Both the position numbers and the translations under genes were made by a program. From positions 105,279 through 169,278 of the forward strand of contig JAWKSP010000002.1 in assembly GCA_041389025.1 (NCBI GenBank): a stretch of DNA of 64,000 bases, in the 5' to 3' direction. This DNA comes from Minisyncoccota bacterium. GTDB taxonomy: Bacteria; Patescibacteriota; Minisyncoccia; Phycocordibacterales; UBA918. Of the stretch, positions 35,140 through 45,361 are shown piece by piece; positions within the stretch are counted from its first letter, which is position 1, and each line of letters opens with the position of its first letter. The notes under the pieces are model-generated. The model ran no database searches and was not told the origin of the DNA. It saw nothing but the letters and a program-made list of their open reading frames with translations.

Positions 35140-35398
35140 ATCTCACACCTCTTTTAACAAAAAACTAATATTCTTATTGAGTCTATAACACATAATTCTA
35201 TAATAAGCAATATTAAAAGCGTGACAAACCATTGCCACGCTTTCATCCATCTTTGTTAAAAGAAAACATTATAAACAGTTATAGCTAATACACCACCAAC
35301 TATAACAAAAAATACTACCCACTTAGTAGACATAAAATAGTTCCTTTTGACCAAATTAATCGAATGAAAAAACAACCTTCACTTATTATAGCATTTAA

Positions 35399-35809
35399 CT
35401 AGAGTGCTGATGAGTCTTCTTGATATAAACCAAATGTATTACCCTCAGGATCCTTAGCGTATGCTAGCCAAGCAGTATTTGGGATAGCCATTTTAGCTAC
35501 TGCTACCGTACCACCAGTTGACTTTACCCTTTCTAAATATTCATCTATATTTTCCACCGAAATAGTACACACAAAAGACGATACCGGAACCCCTTCCTGT
35601 GGAAGCTCACCACGACGCACTACCATACCACCATTTATTCCAGGCTCTTTACTATCTTCAGGAGCTGTTAAAACAAACCAATAACGGTTCTCTTCACTCA
35701 CCCCTGGCATTTCCCACTCTTTTATTTCCCAACCAAATACCTCGCTGTAAAAAGTACCAATTTTTTCTGGATCAGAAGCATGGATTTCAAAATGTACAAC
35801 ACGATTCAT
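35399..35809 (-). CDS. VOC/glyoxalase-family protein.
   Basis: MNRVVHFEIHASDPEKIGTFYSEVFGWEI...GGMVV...AYAKDPEGNTFGLYQ is the glyoxalase/bleomycin-resistance fold pattern. Confidence 0.7.
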   Translation of the reverse strand: MNRVVHFEIHASDPEKIGTFYSEVFGWEIKEWEMPGVSEENRYWFVLTAPEDSKEPGINGGMVVRRGELPQEGVPVSSFVCTISVENIDEYLERVKSTGGTVAVAKMAIPNTAWLAYAKDPEGNTFGLYQEDSSAL

Positions 35810-35977
35810 ATTTTTTAATTATATAAAGTTGATTTAATAAACTTATATTAAGTTTAACATAGACAGCCAGCATATAAAGGTATTTTTACATAAAATTAAA
35901 ACAACTGACCAAGCTTAACAGCTTGGTTTTTTAATATTCCTTAGATTATATGGTGTTTTACCCATCTTTTTCACTCT

Positions 35978-36065
35978 GCGGAGAGAGGGGGATTCGAACC
36001 CCCGAAGGGCGTAAACCCTTACACGCTTTCCAAGCGTGCGCCTTAAACCGCTCAGCCATCTCTCC
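35978..36065 (-). tRNA. tRNA-Ser (anticodon GGA) with a long variable arm.
   Basis: Reverse complement GGAGAGATGGCTGAGCGGTTTAAGGCGCACGCTTGGAAAGCGTGTAAGGGTTTACGCCCTTCGGGGGTTCGAATCCCCCTCTCTCCG. The 7-bp acceptor stem is GGAGAGA/TCTCTCC. The anticodon loop is TTGGAAA. The T-arm is GGTTCGAATCC. CCA is not encoded. Confidence 0.85.
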
Positions 36066-36195
36066 AATTTTTATTTTTGATTCCTCAAAAGACGAAAGTA
36101 TATTAGCATATGGTTTAACAGCTTCATAATTTAGAATTTACATATATTATTAATTAGCCTAGGTGCCCTTTTTACCATTGTAAAATTTTAATTTA

Positions 36196-36783
36196 ATGGT
36201 ATATTTTGAATCAGCTCTTTACACAAGGAACAAAATAATGGATATAAATATGATTGGTTATTTGCAAGCAATCAAACAAATTGACCATATTGGTTTTTGT
36301 ACTTTAGTAGAATTTTTAGACTATTATGAAATTCAATATGATGCTAAAAGTCTTGATAAGCTAAAACGGGCGAAGTTTAAACTTAAAACTCTGGAAAAAT
36401 TAAAAGACACTCATCTTTTAATTCCAGTATTTCAGATTTCAGTTTTAAACTTAGCCCAGTTAACTAACTGTACACTTGATTTCTCCAACAATGAAAAAGG
36501 TGGTTTAATAAAAAGAGAACCGTTTATCTGTGACGGTTATACTACTAATTGGTTTTTTATCAGTAAAAAGCTTTTAACGGATCCAATTTATCAAGCCAAA
36601 ATTTTACCTTTACGAATTATATTGTTTACACTACTCATACTTGACTATGCTGGTGTAAAAAAATTTGAAATATGTAAGAAAAAAATTGAACTTCCAGAGG
36701 TTGCATGTATTGAAAGAATGAATGGTAAGCTTACAATTTCATCGTATACCGGAAGTAAAACGACTGCCCCAGAAATTATTTAA
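36196..36783 (+). CDS. Hypothetical protein.
   Basis: ORF of 195 aa adjacent to the tRNA. No motif recognised. Confidence 0.45.
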   Translation: MVYFESALYTRNKIMDINMIGYLQAIKQIDHIGFCTLVEFLDYYEIQYDAKSLDKLKRAKFKLKTLEKLKDTHLLIPVFQISVLNLAQLTNCTLDFSNNEKGGLIKREPFICDGYTTNWFFISKKLLTDPIYQAKILPLRIILFTLLILDYAGVKKFEICKKKIELPEVACIERMNGKLTISSYTGSKTTAPEII

Positions 36784-36796
36784 GCTATTAGCTTTA

Positions 36797-36840
36797 AACG
36801 GCGTCAATTCTTATGAATTGACGCCGTTACTTATTATATT
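36797..36840. terminator. Bidirectional rho-independent terminator AACGGCGTCAATTC-TTAT-GAATTGACGCCGTT between convergent genes.
   Basis: 14-bp perfect stem. Both flanks are A/T-rich. Confidence 0.75.
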
Positions 36841-36842
36841 TT

Positions 36843-37742
36843 CTATTTATCCATCTGTCTCAACAGTCTAATTCTATCTTCAGCTGGTGGGTGAGTAGCA
36901 AATAACCTGCTTATTTTTTGACCAAATGAGACTTTTCCCTCTTCCTTTCCAAACGGATTTGAGATAAACAAATGTGCAGTAGCATGAGACGCTTTTTTCA
37001 TTGGTCTAGCGTGAGCTGATATTTTTTCTAGAGCTGAAGCTAAGCCTTCCGGATAACGTGTAAGTAGTGCGCCCGAAGCATCAGCCAAGTATTCACGTTT
37101 TCTAGAAATGGCCATTTGAATCAAATTGGCGGCAATTGGCGCCAAAATAATACCGACTATTCCAATAATAAGAAACGCTGGATGACGATCACGATTTCCT
37201 CCACCATACATTAAAGTACGAGCAAAAAAATCCGCCAGAATAGCCACAAATCCAGCCAGAACCACCGCCACCGTCATTACTAACATGTCTCTATTACCAA
37301 CGTGAGACAACTCATGCGCCATCACTCCTTCAAGCTCATTTCTATCTAATATCTCTAAAAGACCAGTGGTAGCAGCTACTACTGCATGCTCAGGGTCTCG
37401 TCCGGTAGCAAAAGCGTTTGGCACCGAATCATTTACTATATATAGTTTTGGCATTGGTAAACCAGCAGTAATAGAAAGATTTTCCACTATATTGTATAGC
37501 TCCGGTGCTTCAGCTTTAGACACCGGCTTGGCATTAGTCATTTTCAATACCAATTTATCTGAAAACCAATAACTACCTATGTTCATTACCATTGCAAAAA
37601 TTATTGCTATGTAAAGTATAATCGGTGAATCCATATACCAGCTAATACCGTAACCGATAGCAATAACCACCACCAAAAAGACAGTCATTAGAAGCCATGT
37701 CTTTCTAACGTTTGCGTCTTGTTGAGTGTATAAAGTTGACAT
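36843..37742 (-). CDS. htpX: Membrane zinc metalloprotease HtpX (M48 family).
   Basis: HEXXH appears as MAHELSHVGNRD. There are four TM helices. The C-terminal region has the distal zinc-ligand Glu (LADASG). Confidence 0.85.
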   Translation of the reverse strand: MSTLYTQQDANVRKTWLLMTVFLVVVIAIGYGISWYMDSPIILYIAIIFAMVMNIGSYWFSDKLVLKMTNAKPVSKAEAPELYNIVENLSITAGLPMPKLYIVNDSVPNAFATGRDPEHAVVAATTGLLEILDRNELEGVMAHELSHVGNRDMLVMTVAVVLAGFVAILADFFARTLMYGGGNRDRHPAFLIIGIVGIILAPIAANLIQMAISRKREYLADASGALLTRYPEGLASALEKISAHARPMKKASHATAHLFISNPFGKEEGKVSFGQKISRLFATHPPAEDRIRLLRQMDK

Positions 37743-37773
37743 AATTAATGATTATACACTTAATTTAGAAAAA

Positions 37774-38157
37774 TTACAGAGGTATACCTTGCGGACTTTC
37801 ATTTGATTCATATTCAACATCTTCAGACCATTTTAAGAAAAATCGACGATTATAAGCTCCTTTTTTAAGGTTATTGTCCTCTTTTACATTTCTAACTTCC
37901 TCCGGGGTTATTTCCAGCTGTTGCATAATAGTATTCAACACCATCATCAAGTCAGCATACTCACCTAAAAACTCCTTTTTTGTTCTTGCCATCGAAAGTG
38001 ATGTGGCCTCTTCTTTTATTTTTTTGAATAATTCTTGTTGATATTCCTGCATATCAGTCAATTGAACAACCTCGCAGTTTTTACGCTTAGCTTTTATCAT
38101 ATCAGGAATATTGTCACGAACTAATTTGTTGTAGTAGATACGAGTTACTTGAGACAT
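37774..38157 (-). CDS. MazG-like nucleoside-triphosphate pyrophosphohydrolase-family small protein (inference).
   Basis: YNKLVRDNIPDMI and EE..E....LGEYADLMMVL are typical of house-cleaning MazG/YpjD-like pyrophosphohydrolases. Confidence 0.5.
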   Translation of the reverse strand: MSQVTRIYYNKLVRDNIPDMIKAKRKNCEVVQLTDMQEYQQELFKKIKEEATSLSMARTKKEFLGEYADLMMVLNTIMQQLEITPEEVRNVKEDNNLKKGAYNRRFFLKWSEDVEYESNESPQGIPL

Positions 38158-38185
38158 AAAATAATCAAATATTTAATTTAATTAC

Positions 38186-38764
38186 TTAAAAAGAAACCTT
38201 TACCGGTTCGCGCTCTTCACTTCCTTCCTCCAACTCGAAGTACTGTTCTTCCTTGAAGTTAAAAGTTTTACCAACTATATTTGATGGAAATTGTTGTAAA
38301 GCTATCGCCAAATCACGTACATTTCCGTTATAGAAACGACGAGCAGCTTGAATTTTGTTTTCGGTATCGGTAAGCTCGGTTTGTAACTGTGAAAAGTTTT
38401 GATTTGCCTTTAAATCAGGATATGCTTCAGCCACCGCCAAAAGCTTTCCAAGTGATGCGGTTAACGCTGATTCAGCTCCAGCCATCGCAGTAATCTGCTC
38501 GGCGGTAATATTTGAAGGATCAACATGAACCTGAGTAGCCTTGGCTCTAGCTTGTGTAACTTCTTCAAATACTCCTCGCTCATGAGCAGCATAGCCTTTT
38601 ACAGTTTCTATGAGGTTTGGAATCAAATCATAACGACGCTTTAATTGAACATCGATATCCGCCCACGCTTCCTTGGTACGTTGTACCAGATTAACAAAGT
38701 TGTTGTATGCATAAATTACATACAAAATAATCACTGCAACTATTCCTAAAATTACCCAAGTCAT
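38186..38764 (-). CDS. lemA: LemA-family membrane protein.
   Basis: N-terminal TM plus NNFVNLVQRTKEAWADIDVQLKRRYDLIPNLIETVKGYAAHERGVFEEVTQAR is the LemA signature. Confidence 0.85.
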   Translation of the reverse strand: MTWVILGIVAVIILYVIYAYNNFVNLVQRTKEAWADIDVQLKRRYDLIPNLIETVKGYAAHERGVFEEVTQARAKATQVHVDPSNITAEQITAMAGAESALTASLGKLLAVAEAYPDLKANQNFSQLQTELTDTENKIQAARRFYNGNVRDLAIALQQFPSNIVGKTFNFKEEQYFELEEGSEEREPVKVSF

Positions 38765-38810
38765 AAAAAATTAACTAAAGTTATAATAATTCACTTAAAT
38801 TATACCAAAA

Positions 38811-38862
38811 ACTAAAAAATAATAAACAAATAACCGCGGAAAACCGCGATTATTTGTTTATT
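38811..38862 (-). terminator. Strong rho-independent terminator downstream of groEL. 19-bp stem with one mismatch, loop AAAA, then a T-run.
   Basis: AATAAACAAATAACCGCGG-AAAA-CCGCGATTATTTGTTTATT, followed on the minus strand by ATTATTTTTTAG. Confidence 0.75.
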
Positions 38863-38882
38863 AAATACTTAATAAAGAAATT

Positions 38883-40538
38883 TTAATACATACCTCCACC
38901 CATTCCGCCCATACCACCCATATCAGGCATACTAGGCTTTTCTGGTTCCGGCTCATCGGCTACCGCACACTCACTGGTCAAAAGTATCCCCGCTGCTGAA
39001 ACCGCATGTTGCACACCAGCTCTTTCCACCTTTACTGGGTCAATAATACCGGCTTTTATCATATCATCTATCATTTCGCCTTTAGCAGCATCAAATCCAG
39101 CGTTACCACCCGCCTCTTTAACTTTTTGTACAATTACGGCTCCGTCAATTTTACCGGTGTTGTCGGCAATTTGTTTTAATGGCATTTCGAGAGCTTTAAG
39201 TACGATACTATAACCAATTAATTCTTCTTTTGGTAAATCTTTCTTAGATAAAATATCTTTTTCTACTATAGCTGCTGCTCGAGCCAGTGAAGTACCACCA
39301 CCTGGCACAATTCCCTCTTCAATCGCCGCTTTAGTAGCGTTTACTGCGTCTTCTATTTTTAGCTTCAAATACTTCATTTCCGTCTCAGTGGCGGCTCCTA
39401 CTCTTATCACCGCTACTCCACCAGACAACTTGGCAATTCTTTCTTCTAATTTTTCTTTATCAAATTTAGATGAAGTGTTTTCTAGCTGTGATTTTAGAGC
39501 TTTTACTCGATCTTCAATCGCGCTTTTTTCACCGGCTCCCCCAACTATCACTGTATCCTCTTTACTGGAGACTATCCGATCAGCTTTTCCAAGTTGTGAT
39601 AATTCAGTGTTTTCTAGTTTTAAACCTAAATCTTCTGAAATAACCTGTCCACCGGTGGTCACAGCAATATCAGACAATATCTCCTTCTTGCGATCACCAT
39701 AGCCAGGAGCTTTTACAGCTAGAACAGAGAAACCACCCTTAAGTTTATTCACCACAAAAGTTGCTAAGGCCTCACCCTCTACATCATCAGCAATAATCAC
39801 TAATTCTTTTTTTCCAGTCTGAGCGATTTTTTCTAACAACGGTAATATTTCTTGAACTGAAGAAACTTTTTTGTCGGTAATAAGAATCTGAGCGTCCTTG
39901 TACTCAGCCTCCATTCGCTCCGGATTAGTAACCATATATGGAGAAACATACCCCTTATCAAACTGCATACCTTCAGTCAGCTCAGTTTCAATACCGAAAG
40001 ATTGCGATTCTTCTACCGTTACTACTCCATCTTTTCCTACTTTATCAATCGTTTCAGCGATTTTTTCACCCAACTCAGCACTTTCAGCTGAAATGGTGGC
40101 TACTTGTTTGATCTCATCAACTGAATTTATTTTAGTAGACATTCCTCGCAACGCCTCGACCACATCATTTGAAGCATGCTCCATACCGGCTTTTACCGCC
40201 ATAGAGTTGATACCCATAGTAGTTTGTTTTAAACCCTCGGTTACTAAAGCCTGAGTTAAAACTGTCGCGGTAGTAGTACCGTCACCGGCCAATTCATTGG
40301 TTTTATTAGCTACTTCTTTGATAATCTCAGCTCCCATATTCTCAAACTTATCTTTAAGAGAAATTTCTTTAGCTATAGATACACCATCGTTAGTAATAGT
40401 TGGTCCACCATACCCTTTATCCAAGACCACGTTACGTCCTCGTGGACCAAGAGTAACTTTTACTGCATTAGCTACAGTATCTACTCCTTTTTGTAGTTTT
40501 TTCTTTACTTCTTCACCATAAATTACTTCTTTTGCCAT
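38883..40538 (-). CDS. groEL: Chaperonin GroEL (Hsp60).
   Basis: [40 protein letters not shown]... with the C-terminal [11 protein letters not shown] tail. Confidence 0.97.
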   Translation of the reverse strand: MAKEVIYGEEVKKKLQKGVDTVANAVKVTLGPRGRNVVLDKGYGGPTITNDGVSIAKEISLKDKFENMGAEIIKEVANKTNELAGDGTTTATVLTQALVTEGLKQTTMGINSMAVKAGMEHASNDVVEALRGMSTKINSVDEIKQVATISAESAELGEKIAETIDKVGKDGVVTVEESQSFGIETELTEGMQFDKGYVSPYMVTNPERMEAEYKDAQILITDKKVSSVQEILPLLEKIAQTGKKELVIIADDVEGEALATFVVNKLKGGFSVLAVKAPGYGDRKKEILSDIAVTTGGQVISEDLGLKLENTELSQLGKADRIVSSKEDTVIVGGAGEKSAIEDRVKALKSQLENTSSKFDKEKLEERIAKLSGGVAVIRVGAATETEMKYLKLKIEDAVNATKAAIEEGIVPGGGTSLARAAAIVEKDILSKKDLPKEELIGYSIVLKALEMPLKQIADNTGKIDGAVIVQKVKEAGGNAGFDAAKGEMIDDMIKAGIIDPVKVERAGVQHAVSAAGILLTSECAVADEPEPEKPSMPDMGGMGGMGGGMY

Positions 40539-40573
40539 ATCTTTATTTCTTCTTTACTACTTAATTAAATAAA

Positions 40574-40903
40574 TTAGCTAATAACAATACCTAAAATACT
40601 GCTTTCTCCAACAATAAAGTACTCATCATTTCCGAATTTTACTTCATCATAACCATACTTTGAAAACACCACCTTATCACCCACTTTAACATCCAAAGGA
40701 ATTCTTTTTTCTCCATCTTCATCCCATTTTCCAGCTCCTACTGCAATCACAATTCCTTGTTCTGGCTTTTCTTTCTTGGCGGTATCAGGAATAATAATGC
40801 CAGAAGGTGAGGTCGTACCAGCCTCTTCGTCGGTCAATGGCCGTACAATAATTCTGTCACCCAATGGTTTGATTGGACTTTCGGTATTTGTTTTCTCTGA
40901 CAT
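40574..40903 (-). CDS. groES: Co-chaperonin GroES (Hsp10).
   Basis: IKPLGDRIIVRP...GIIIPDTAKKEKPEQGIVIAVG...VKVGDKVVFSKYG. It is immediately upstream of groEL. Confidence 0.95.
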   Translation of the reverse strand: MSEKTNTESPIKPLGDRIIVRPLTDEEAGTTSPSGIIIPDTAKKEKPEQGIVIAVGAGKWDEDGEKRIPLDVKVGDKVVFSKYGYDEVKFGNDEYFIVGESSILGIVIS

Positions 40904-41086
40904 ATAAATAAATATTTTAGTTAATGATTTTTATAAAAATTAAATAATTTAAACAAATAATTGTAATAAAAACCTACAATTCTAAATTCAAAACCACGTC
41001 AAAATGTCGTCAATTACCTCCGTGGTGCTCGTATTATATTGGATATAATATTGATGTCAAAATATTTATAGAGGTATTCACAAAAG

Positions 41087-41392
41087 TTGTCTGAACCTAC
41101 AGTCGTTCAACAACCTTGCACTCAAACCACCTTTCTGCTACCATACTCACACATGGAAATCATACAGACAGTGCAGCCAGCGCTGCCATACGTTCAAATA
41201 ATTCTCTCCATCATTCTCATCGCCGGTATCTTGCTACAACAGCGAGGTTCTAGCTTAGGAGGTGCGTTTGGTGGTGACAACTTCAGCTCAGCTTTTCACA
41301 AGCGACGTGGAGCGGAATTATTTCTGTTTCACTTTACTATTGGCGTGGCTATCTTGTTTGTACTTGCTACTTTCTTGAATATTCTTGTCTAA
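41087..41392 (+). CDS. secG: Preprotein translocase subunit SecG. The likely true start is Met-23 at 41153.
   Basis: IILSIILIAGILLQQRGSSLGGAFGGDNFSSAF is the conserved SecG TM1 plus Gly-rich loop. The protein is about 79 aa from the internal Met. Confidence 0.8.
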   Translation: MSEPTVVQQPCTQTTFLLPYSHMEIIQTVQPALPYVQIILSIILIAGILLQQRGSSLGGAFGGDNFSSAFHKRRGAELFLFHFTIGVAILFVLATFLNILV

Positions 41393-41508
41393 AAGAAGCA
41401 TTCCAGGTAATTTTTATTTTATTGCCTAAAAATTAGATTACAAACAGTTTTTAAGCCTGTTTATAATCTAATTTTTACAAAAGTTTATTCAAAACTACAT
41501 CCAAAATT

Positions 41509-43242
41509 ATGATTACGCGTAAAACACGCTTCTCAATTATTGATAAGTTACTTAATCTAATTGAAAAACAACGAGCCAGCGACCGTTTGGTTATGCGCCT
41601 TTTGTTTTTTACAATTATAATCTTTGGTATTTTGTTCGCTTTATCATTAAACGATAAATACAGTGTAATTATCCCTACCAGTGGTGGCTCACTAACAGAA
41701 GGAATTGTCGGTATCCCTCGTTTTGTTAATCCAGCTCTGGCCATCACCCGAGCCGATCAAGATGTTACTTCGCTTATTTATGAAGGACTACTAAGAATCG
41801 GTCAAAATGGTGAACTGGAGCCAGCTTTGGCTAAAAATGTTACAGTTTCTGAAAACGGTTTAATCTATGATATAGAACTAAGACAAGATATCTTTTTCCA
41901 TGACGGCACACCAATTACCGTTGAAGACGTTGTTTTTACTATTGATTTAATAAAAAATCCCGACTTAAAAAGCCCTTTACGTGGTAACTGGACAGATACA
42001 GTAATCGAGCCTATTAACGACAATGAGTTGAAAATAATTTTAAAGGAACCTTACTCTCCTTTTATTGAGAACCTGACTGTTGGTATTATGCCCAGTCATG
42101 TTTGGGGTGATTTATTGATAGAACAGCTCCCTTTCAGCCAATATAATACTGAACCAATTGGTTCCGGCCCTTTTGCGATTACTAGTATCTCTCGAGACGA
42201 ATCAGGTTTGATAAAAACTTATACCTTGAAACCAAACCAATACAGTGACACTAAAGCTAACTTAAATGAAATCAAGCTCCGCTTCTTCCAAAATGAAAAA
42301 TCATTAAGTTCCGCTCTGCAAAACAATGAAATAACCAGCACCGTTTACCTACCAACCAGTGAATTAGCGAAACTTGAACCAGACAAATTTCAGGTTATTT
42401 CAAGACCTTTACCAAGAATATTCGGCATATTTTTTAACCAAAACCGCTCAACCGCTTTAAGAGACAAAGCTGCCAGAGAAGCCCTAAACTTAACAATAGA
42501 TAGACAACTGATTATTGCAGAAACCTTAGATGGTTATGGTGTACCCACCTTAAGACCTGTCTTATTTAAAGAAAATACGTTAGAATCTAACGACACTGAT
42601 CTGACAAACTCCTCCTCCACCTTAGAACAAGCCACAGAAGTGCTTAAAGCCGGCGGTTGGAATAAAAATGACTCTGGTGTTTGGGAGAAAGAGATTGACA
42701 AATCCGTTGAAACCTTAAGTGTTACCATAAAAACCAGTAATTCTGAGCTATTTAACAAAACAGCCAATTTAATAGCTAAAAACTGGCGTGAACTAGGAGT
42801 AGAAGTACAAGTAGAACAGTATGAACAAGCCGGTTTAGTACAGTCGGTTATAAGATCAAGAGACTTCCAAGCTTTACTCTTTGGTGTTGATATGAACCGA
42901 ACTCAAGACCTATATCCATTTTGGCACTCATCACAAAAAGACGATCCAGGGCTTAATGTCTCACAATATACCAATGTATCTGTTGACGACTTACTGGAAA
43001 AAATCAGAACGACCACCGACGCTTTTGAACGCCAAGAAATAATGCTAGAGGTAAATGACACCATAACCAAAGAAGTACCAGCCATATTCTTGTTTGCTCC
43101 GGAGGTTAATTATGTAGTCAGTAAAGATATTAATATAGACATGATTGACAACTTAGGAAAACCTTCAGACCGCTTTACTAATATAGCTAAATGGCACGCA
43201 AAAACTGAAACTCTTTGGCCTATTTTTCATAATAATGAATAG
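41509..43242 (+). CDS. ABC transporter substrate-binding protein, family 5 (oligopeptide/dipeptide/nickel OppA/DppA type), membrane-anchored.
   Basis: N-terminal TM, then SGGSLTEGIVGIPRFVNPALA...DVTSLIYEGLL and PIGSGPF...Y are conserved SBP_bac_5 segments. Confidence 0.85.
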   Translation: MITRKTRFSIIDKLLNLIEKQRASDRLVMRLLFFTIIIFGILFALSLNDKYSVIIPTSGGSLTEGIVGIPRFVNPALAITRADQDVTSLIYEGLLRIGQNGELEPALAKNVTVSENGLIYDIELRQDIFFHDGTPITVEDVVFTIDLIKNPDLKSPLRGNWTDTVIEPINDNELKIILKEPYSPFIENLTVGIMPSHVWGDLLIEQLPFSQYNTEPIGSGPFAITSISRDESGLIKTYTLKPNQYSDTKANLNEIKLRFFQNEKSLSSALQNNEITSTVYLPTSELAKLEPDKFQVISRPLPRIFGIFFNQNRSTALRDKAAREALNLTIDRQLIIAETLDGYGVPTLRPVLFKENTLESNDTDLTNSSSTLEQATEVLKAGGWNKNDSGVWEKEIDKSVETLSVTIKTSNSELFNKTANLIAKNWRELGVEVQVEQYEQAGLVQSVIRSRDFQALLFGVDMNRTQDLYPFWHSSQKDDPGLNVSQYTNVSVDDLLEKIRTTTDAFERQEIMLEVNDTITKEVPAIFLFAPEVNYVVSKDINIDMIDNLGKPSDRFTNIAKWHAKTETLWPIFHNNE

Positions 43243-43276
43243 ATAAGAAAATAAGAATTAAGAAATAAATTGATTT

Positions 43277-45214
43277 ATGAACAAAAAAGAACAAAACAAC
43301 ACATATAGAAGAACTAACACTAGAACCAGCAATTATAAAAGACCACAATCACCAACCAGAAAAACCGGTACTAGCACTGGTACTACCGGAACACACAGAA
43401 CGACAGCCAGAAAAACCGCCACCAAAGGTGGTAGAACTAAACGTCATCAACAGAGACGACGGTCTACTTCTGCACCAGCTTTGACTCACCGACTAAATAT
43501 AACCACCGAAAAACATCCAACTCTTCCAGAAATTACCGATGAAGACACAGTGAGAATTATTCCAGTTTCAGGCGTAGAAGAAATTGGACGAAACATGAAT
43601 ATCATTGAAACAAAAGACGACATTATTGTTATAGATGCCGGTTTTCAGTTTGTCTCAGAAGAAAGTAACGCACCAGGAATTAATTATATCCTACCAAATA
43701 CTCAGTATCTGGAGGAACGAAAACACAAAATCCGTGCTCTTGTAGTTACACATGGTCACTTAGACCATATTGGTGGCATTCCATTTGTTATGGAACGTAT
43801 CGGTAACCCACCGATTTACACTCAATACTTAACCTCACTCATGATACTTAAGCGTCAAGAGGAGTTTCCACACATGGAAAAAGTTAATATAAATGTAATC
43901 AACGAAGGTGAAAGTTTTACTGTTGGTAAAACTAAAATTAAAACCTTTCGGGTTACTCACTCTATACCTGACGCAATGGGTGTGTGTGTAGAAACTAAAC
44001 ACGGTGATGTAGTAGTGACTGGTGATATCAAGTTGGTACACGAAAACGGCCAAGTGGTGGTGGAAGAGCGATCTTCATGGGAAAAGATTGGTCAAAACAA
44101 TAATCTAGCCTTACTTTGTGACTCAACCAACGCTGACCGCGAAGGGTTTTCGGCTTCTGAAAGTAAGGTATACGAAACTTTGGAGAATATTATAAAAAGT
44201 GCTACTGGTAGACTAATTATTGGCACCTTTGCTTCCCAATTTGATCGCTTAACCAATATTATTAAAACTTGTGAAGAAACTGGTAAGAAGGTGGTCCTTG
44301 AGGGACGTAGTATTAAAACCAATGTTGATATTGCTATTACCGCTGAATTAATGAAGATTAAGCCAGGCACGATAATCAACGCCAACGACATGGATCAATA
44401 TCCAAATGATAAAATAGTTATTTTATCCACCGGTGCACAAGGAGAAGAATTTGCTGCTCTTATGCGCATGGCTACTGATAAGCATAAATTTGTTACCTTA
44501 AATGAGCGTGATACTATCGTTTTATCTTCTTCAGTTATTCCAGGTAATGAAATTGCTGTACAGAAACTAAAAGACAATATTTACCGCAAAAATGTTAAAG
44601 TGGTTAACTATAAAGGCTCACATGTTCACTCTTCTGGGCACGGTAACTCAGGAGAACTGGTTTGGATACACCAGACCTTAAAACCAAAGTATTTAATACC
44701 AGTGCACGGACACCACTTCCACTTAAAAAGCCAAATGTATGCAGCTATAGAAAATGGTTTTCCAAAACAAAACATAGTAGTGCCAGACAACGGTTCAATT
44801 ATAGATATCAAAAACGGTGAAGAAATAATTAAACATTCAGTCAAAATACCTACCGAGCTCTTGATGGTGGATGGTTTTACTGTTGGCACAAAACAAGAAG
44901 TTGTACTTAGAGACCGTATGTCTTTGGCTCAGGATGGTATGTTTGTGGTAATCGCTACTGTTAATAGTAAAACTGGACGGTTACGAAAATCACCAGATAT
45001 TATCTCTAGAGGCTTTGTTTACCTACGTGAAAATCAACAACTACTTTCTGAGGCTCGCGTCCTAATTAAACGCACCGTTGAAAAAACTACTGAACGAATG
45101 AATCCAATTGATCTTGATTACGTAAAAGAAGAACTGACCGATGTACTTAGTGGTTTTTTAATGCAAAAAACTCATAAAACACCAATGGTAATACCGGTAT
45201 TAATTGGAGTTTAA
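43277..45214 (+). CDS. rnj: Ribonuclease J (metallo-beta-lactamase / beta-CASP) with an N-terminal basic low-complexity extension.
   Basis: HGHLDHIGGIPFV is the HxHxDH motif. VTHSIPDAMGV. There is a beta-CASP region and a C-terminal domain. Confidence 0.9.
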   Translation: MNKKEQNNTYRRTNTRTSNYKRPQSPTRKTGTSTGTTGTHRTTARKTATKGGRTKRHQQRRRSTSAPALTHRLNITTEKHPTLPEITDEDTVRIIPVSGVEEIGRNMNIIETKDDIIVIDAGFQFVSEESNAPGINYILPNTQYLEERKHKIRALVVTHGHLDHIGGIPFVMERIGNPPIYTQYLTSLMILKRQEEFPHMEKVNINVINEGESFTVGKTKIKTFRVTHSIPDAMGVCVETKHGDVVVTGDIKLVHENGQVVVEERSSWEKIGQNNNLALLCDSTNADREGFSASESKVYETLENIIKSATGRLIIGTFASQFDRLTNIIKTCEETGKKVVLEGRSIKTNVDIAITAELMKIKPGTIINANDMDQYPNDKIVILSTGAQGEEFAALMRMATDKHKFVTLNERDTIVLSSSVIPGNEIAVQKLKDNIYRKNVKVVNYKGSHVHSSGHGNSGELVWIHQTLKPKYLIPVHGHHFHLKSQMYAAIENGFPKQNIVVPDNGSIIDIKNGEEIIKHSVKIPTELLMVDGFTVGTKQEVVLRDRMSLAQDGMFVVIATVNSKTGRLRKSPDIISRGFVYLRENQQLLSEARVLIKRTVEKTTERMNPIDLDYVKEELTDVLSGFLMQKTHKTPMVIPVLIGV

Positions 45215-45230
45215 TCTAAAGTTTTACGGA

Positions 45231-45284
45231 CCAAACAATGTAAAAGGCGGCAAAGCAAAGCTTTGCCGCCTTTTACATTGTTTG
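45231..45284 (+). terminator. Exceptionally long perfect inverted repeat (26-bp arms): CCAAACAATGTAAAAGGCGGCAAAGC-AA-GCTTTGCCGCCTTTTACATTGTTTGG. It lies downstream of rnj and upstream of the MFS gene. It may be a terminator or a structured element.
   Basis: Perfect reverse complementarity between 45231-45256 and 45259-45284. There is no immediate T-run after the hairpin. Confidence 0.5.
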
Positions 45285-45361
45285 GCTACCTCAATCTCTT
45301 GATTTATTTACACACCCAAACCACCAAAATTAGCTATAATTTAGTACACTACATATAATCT

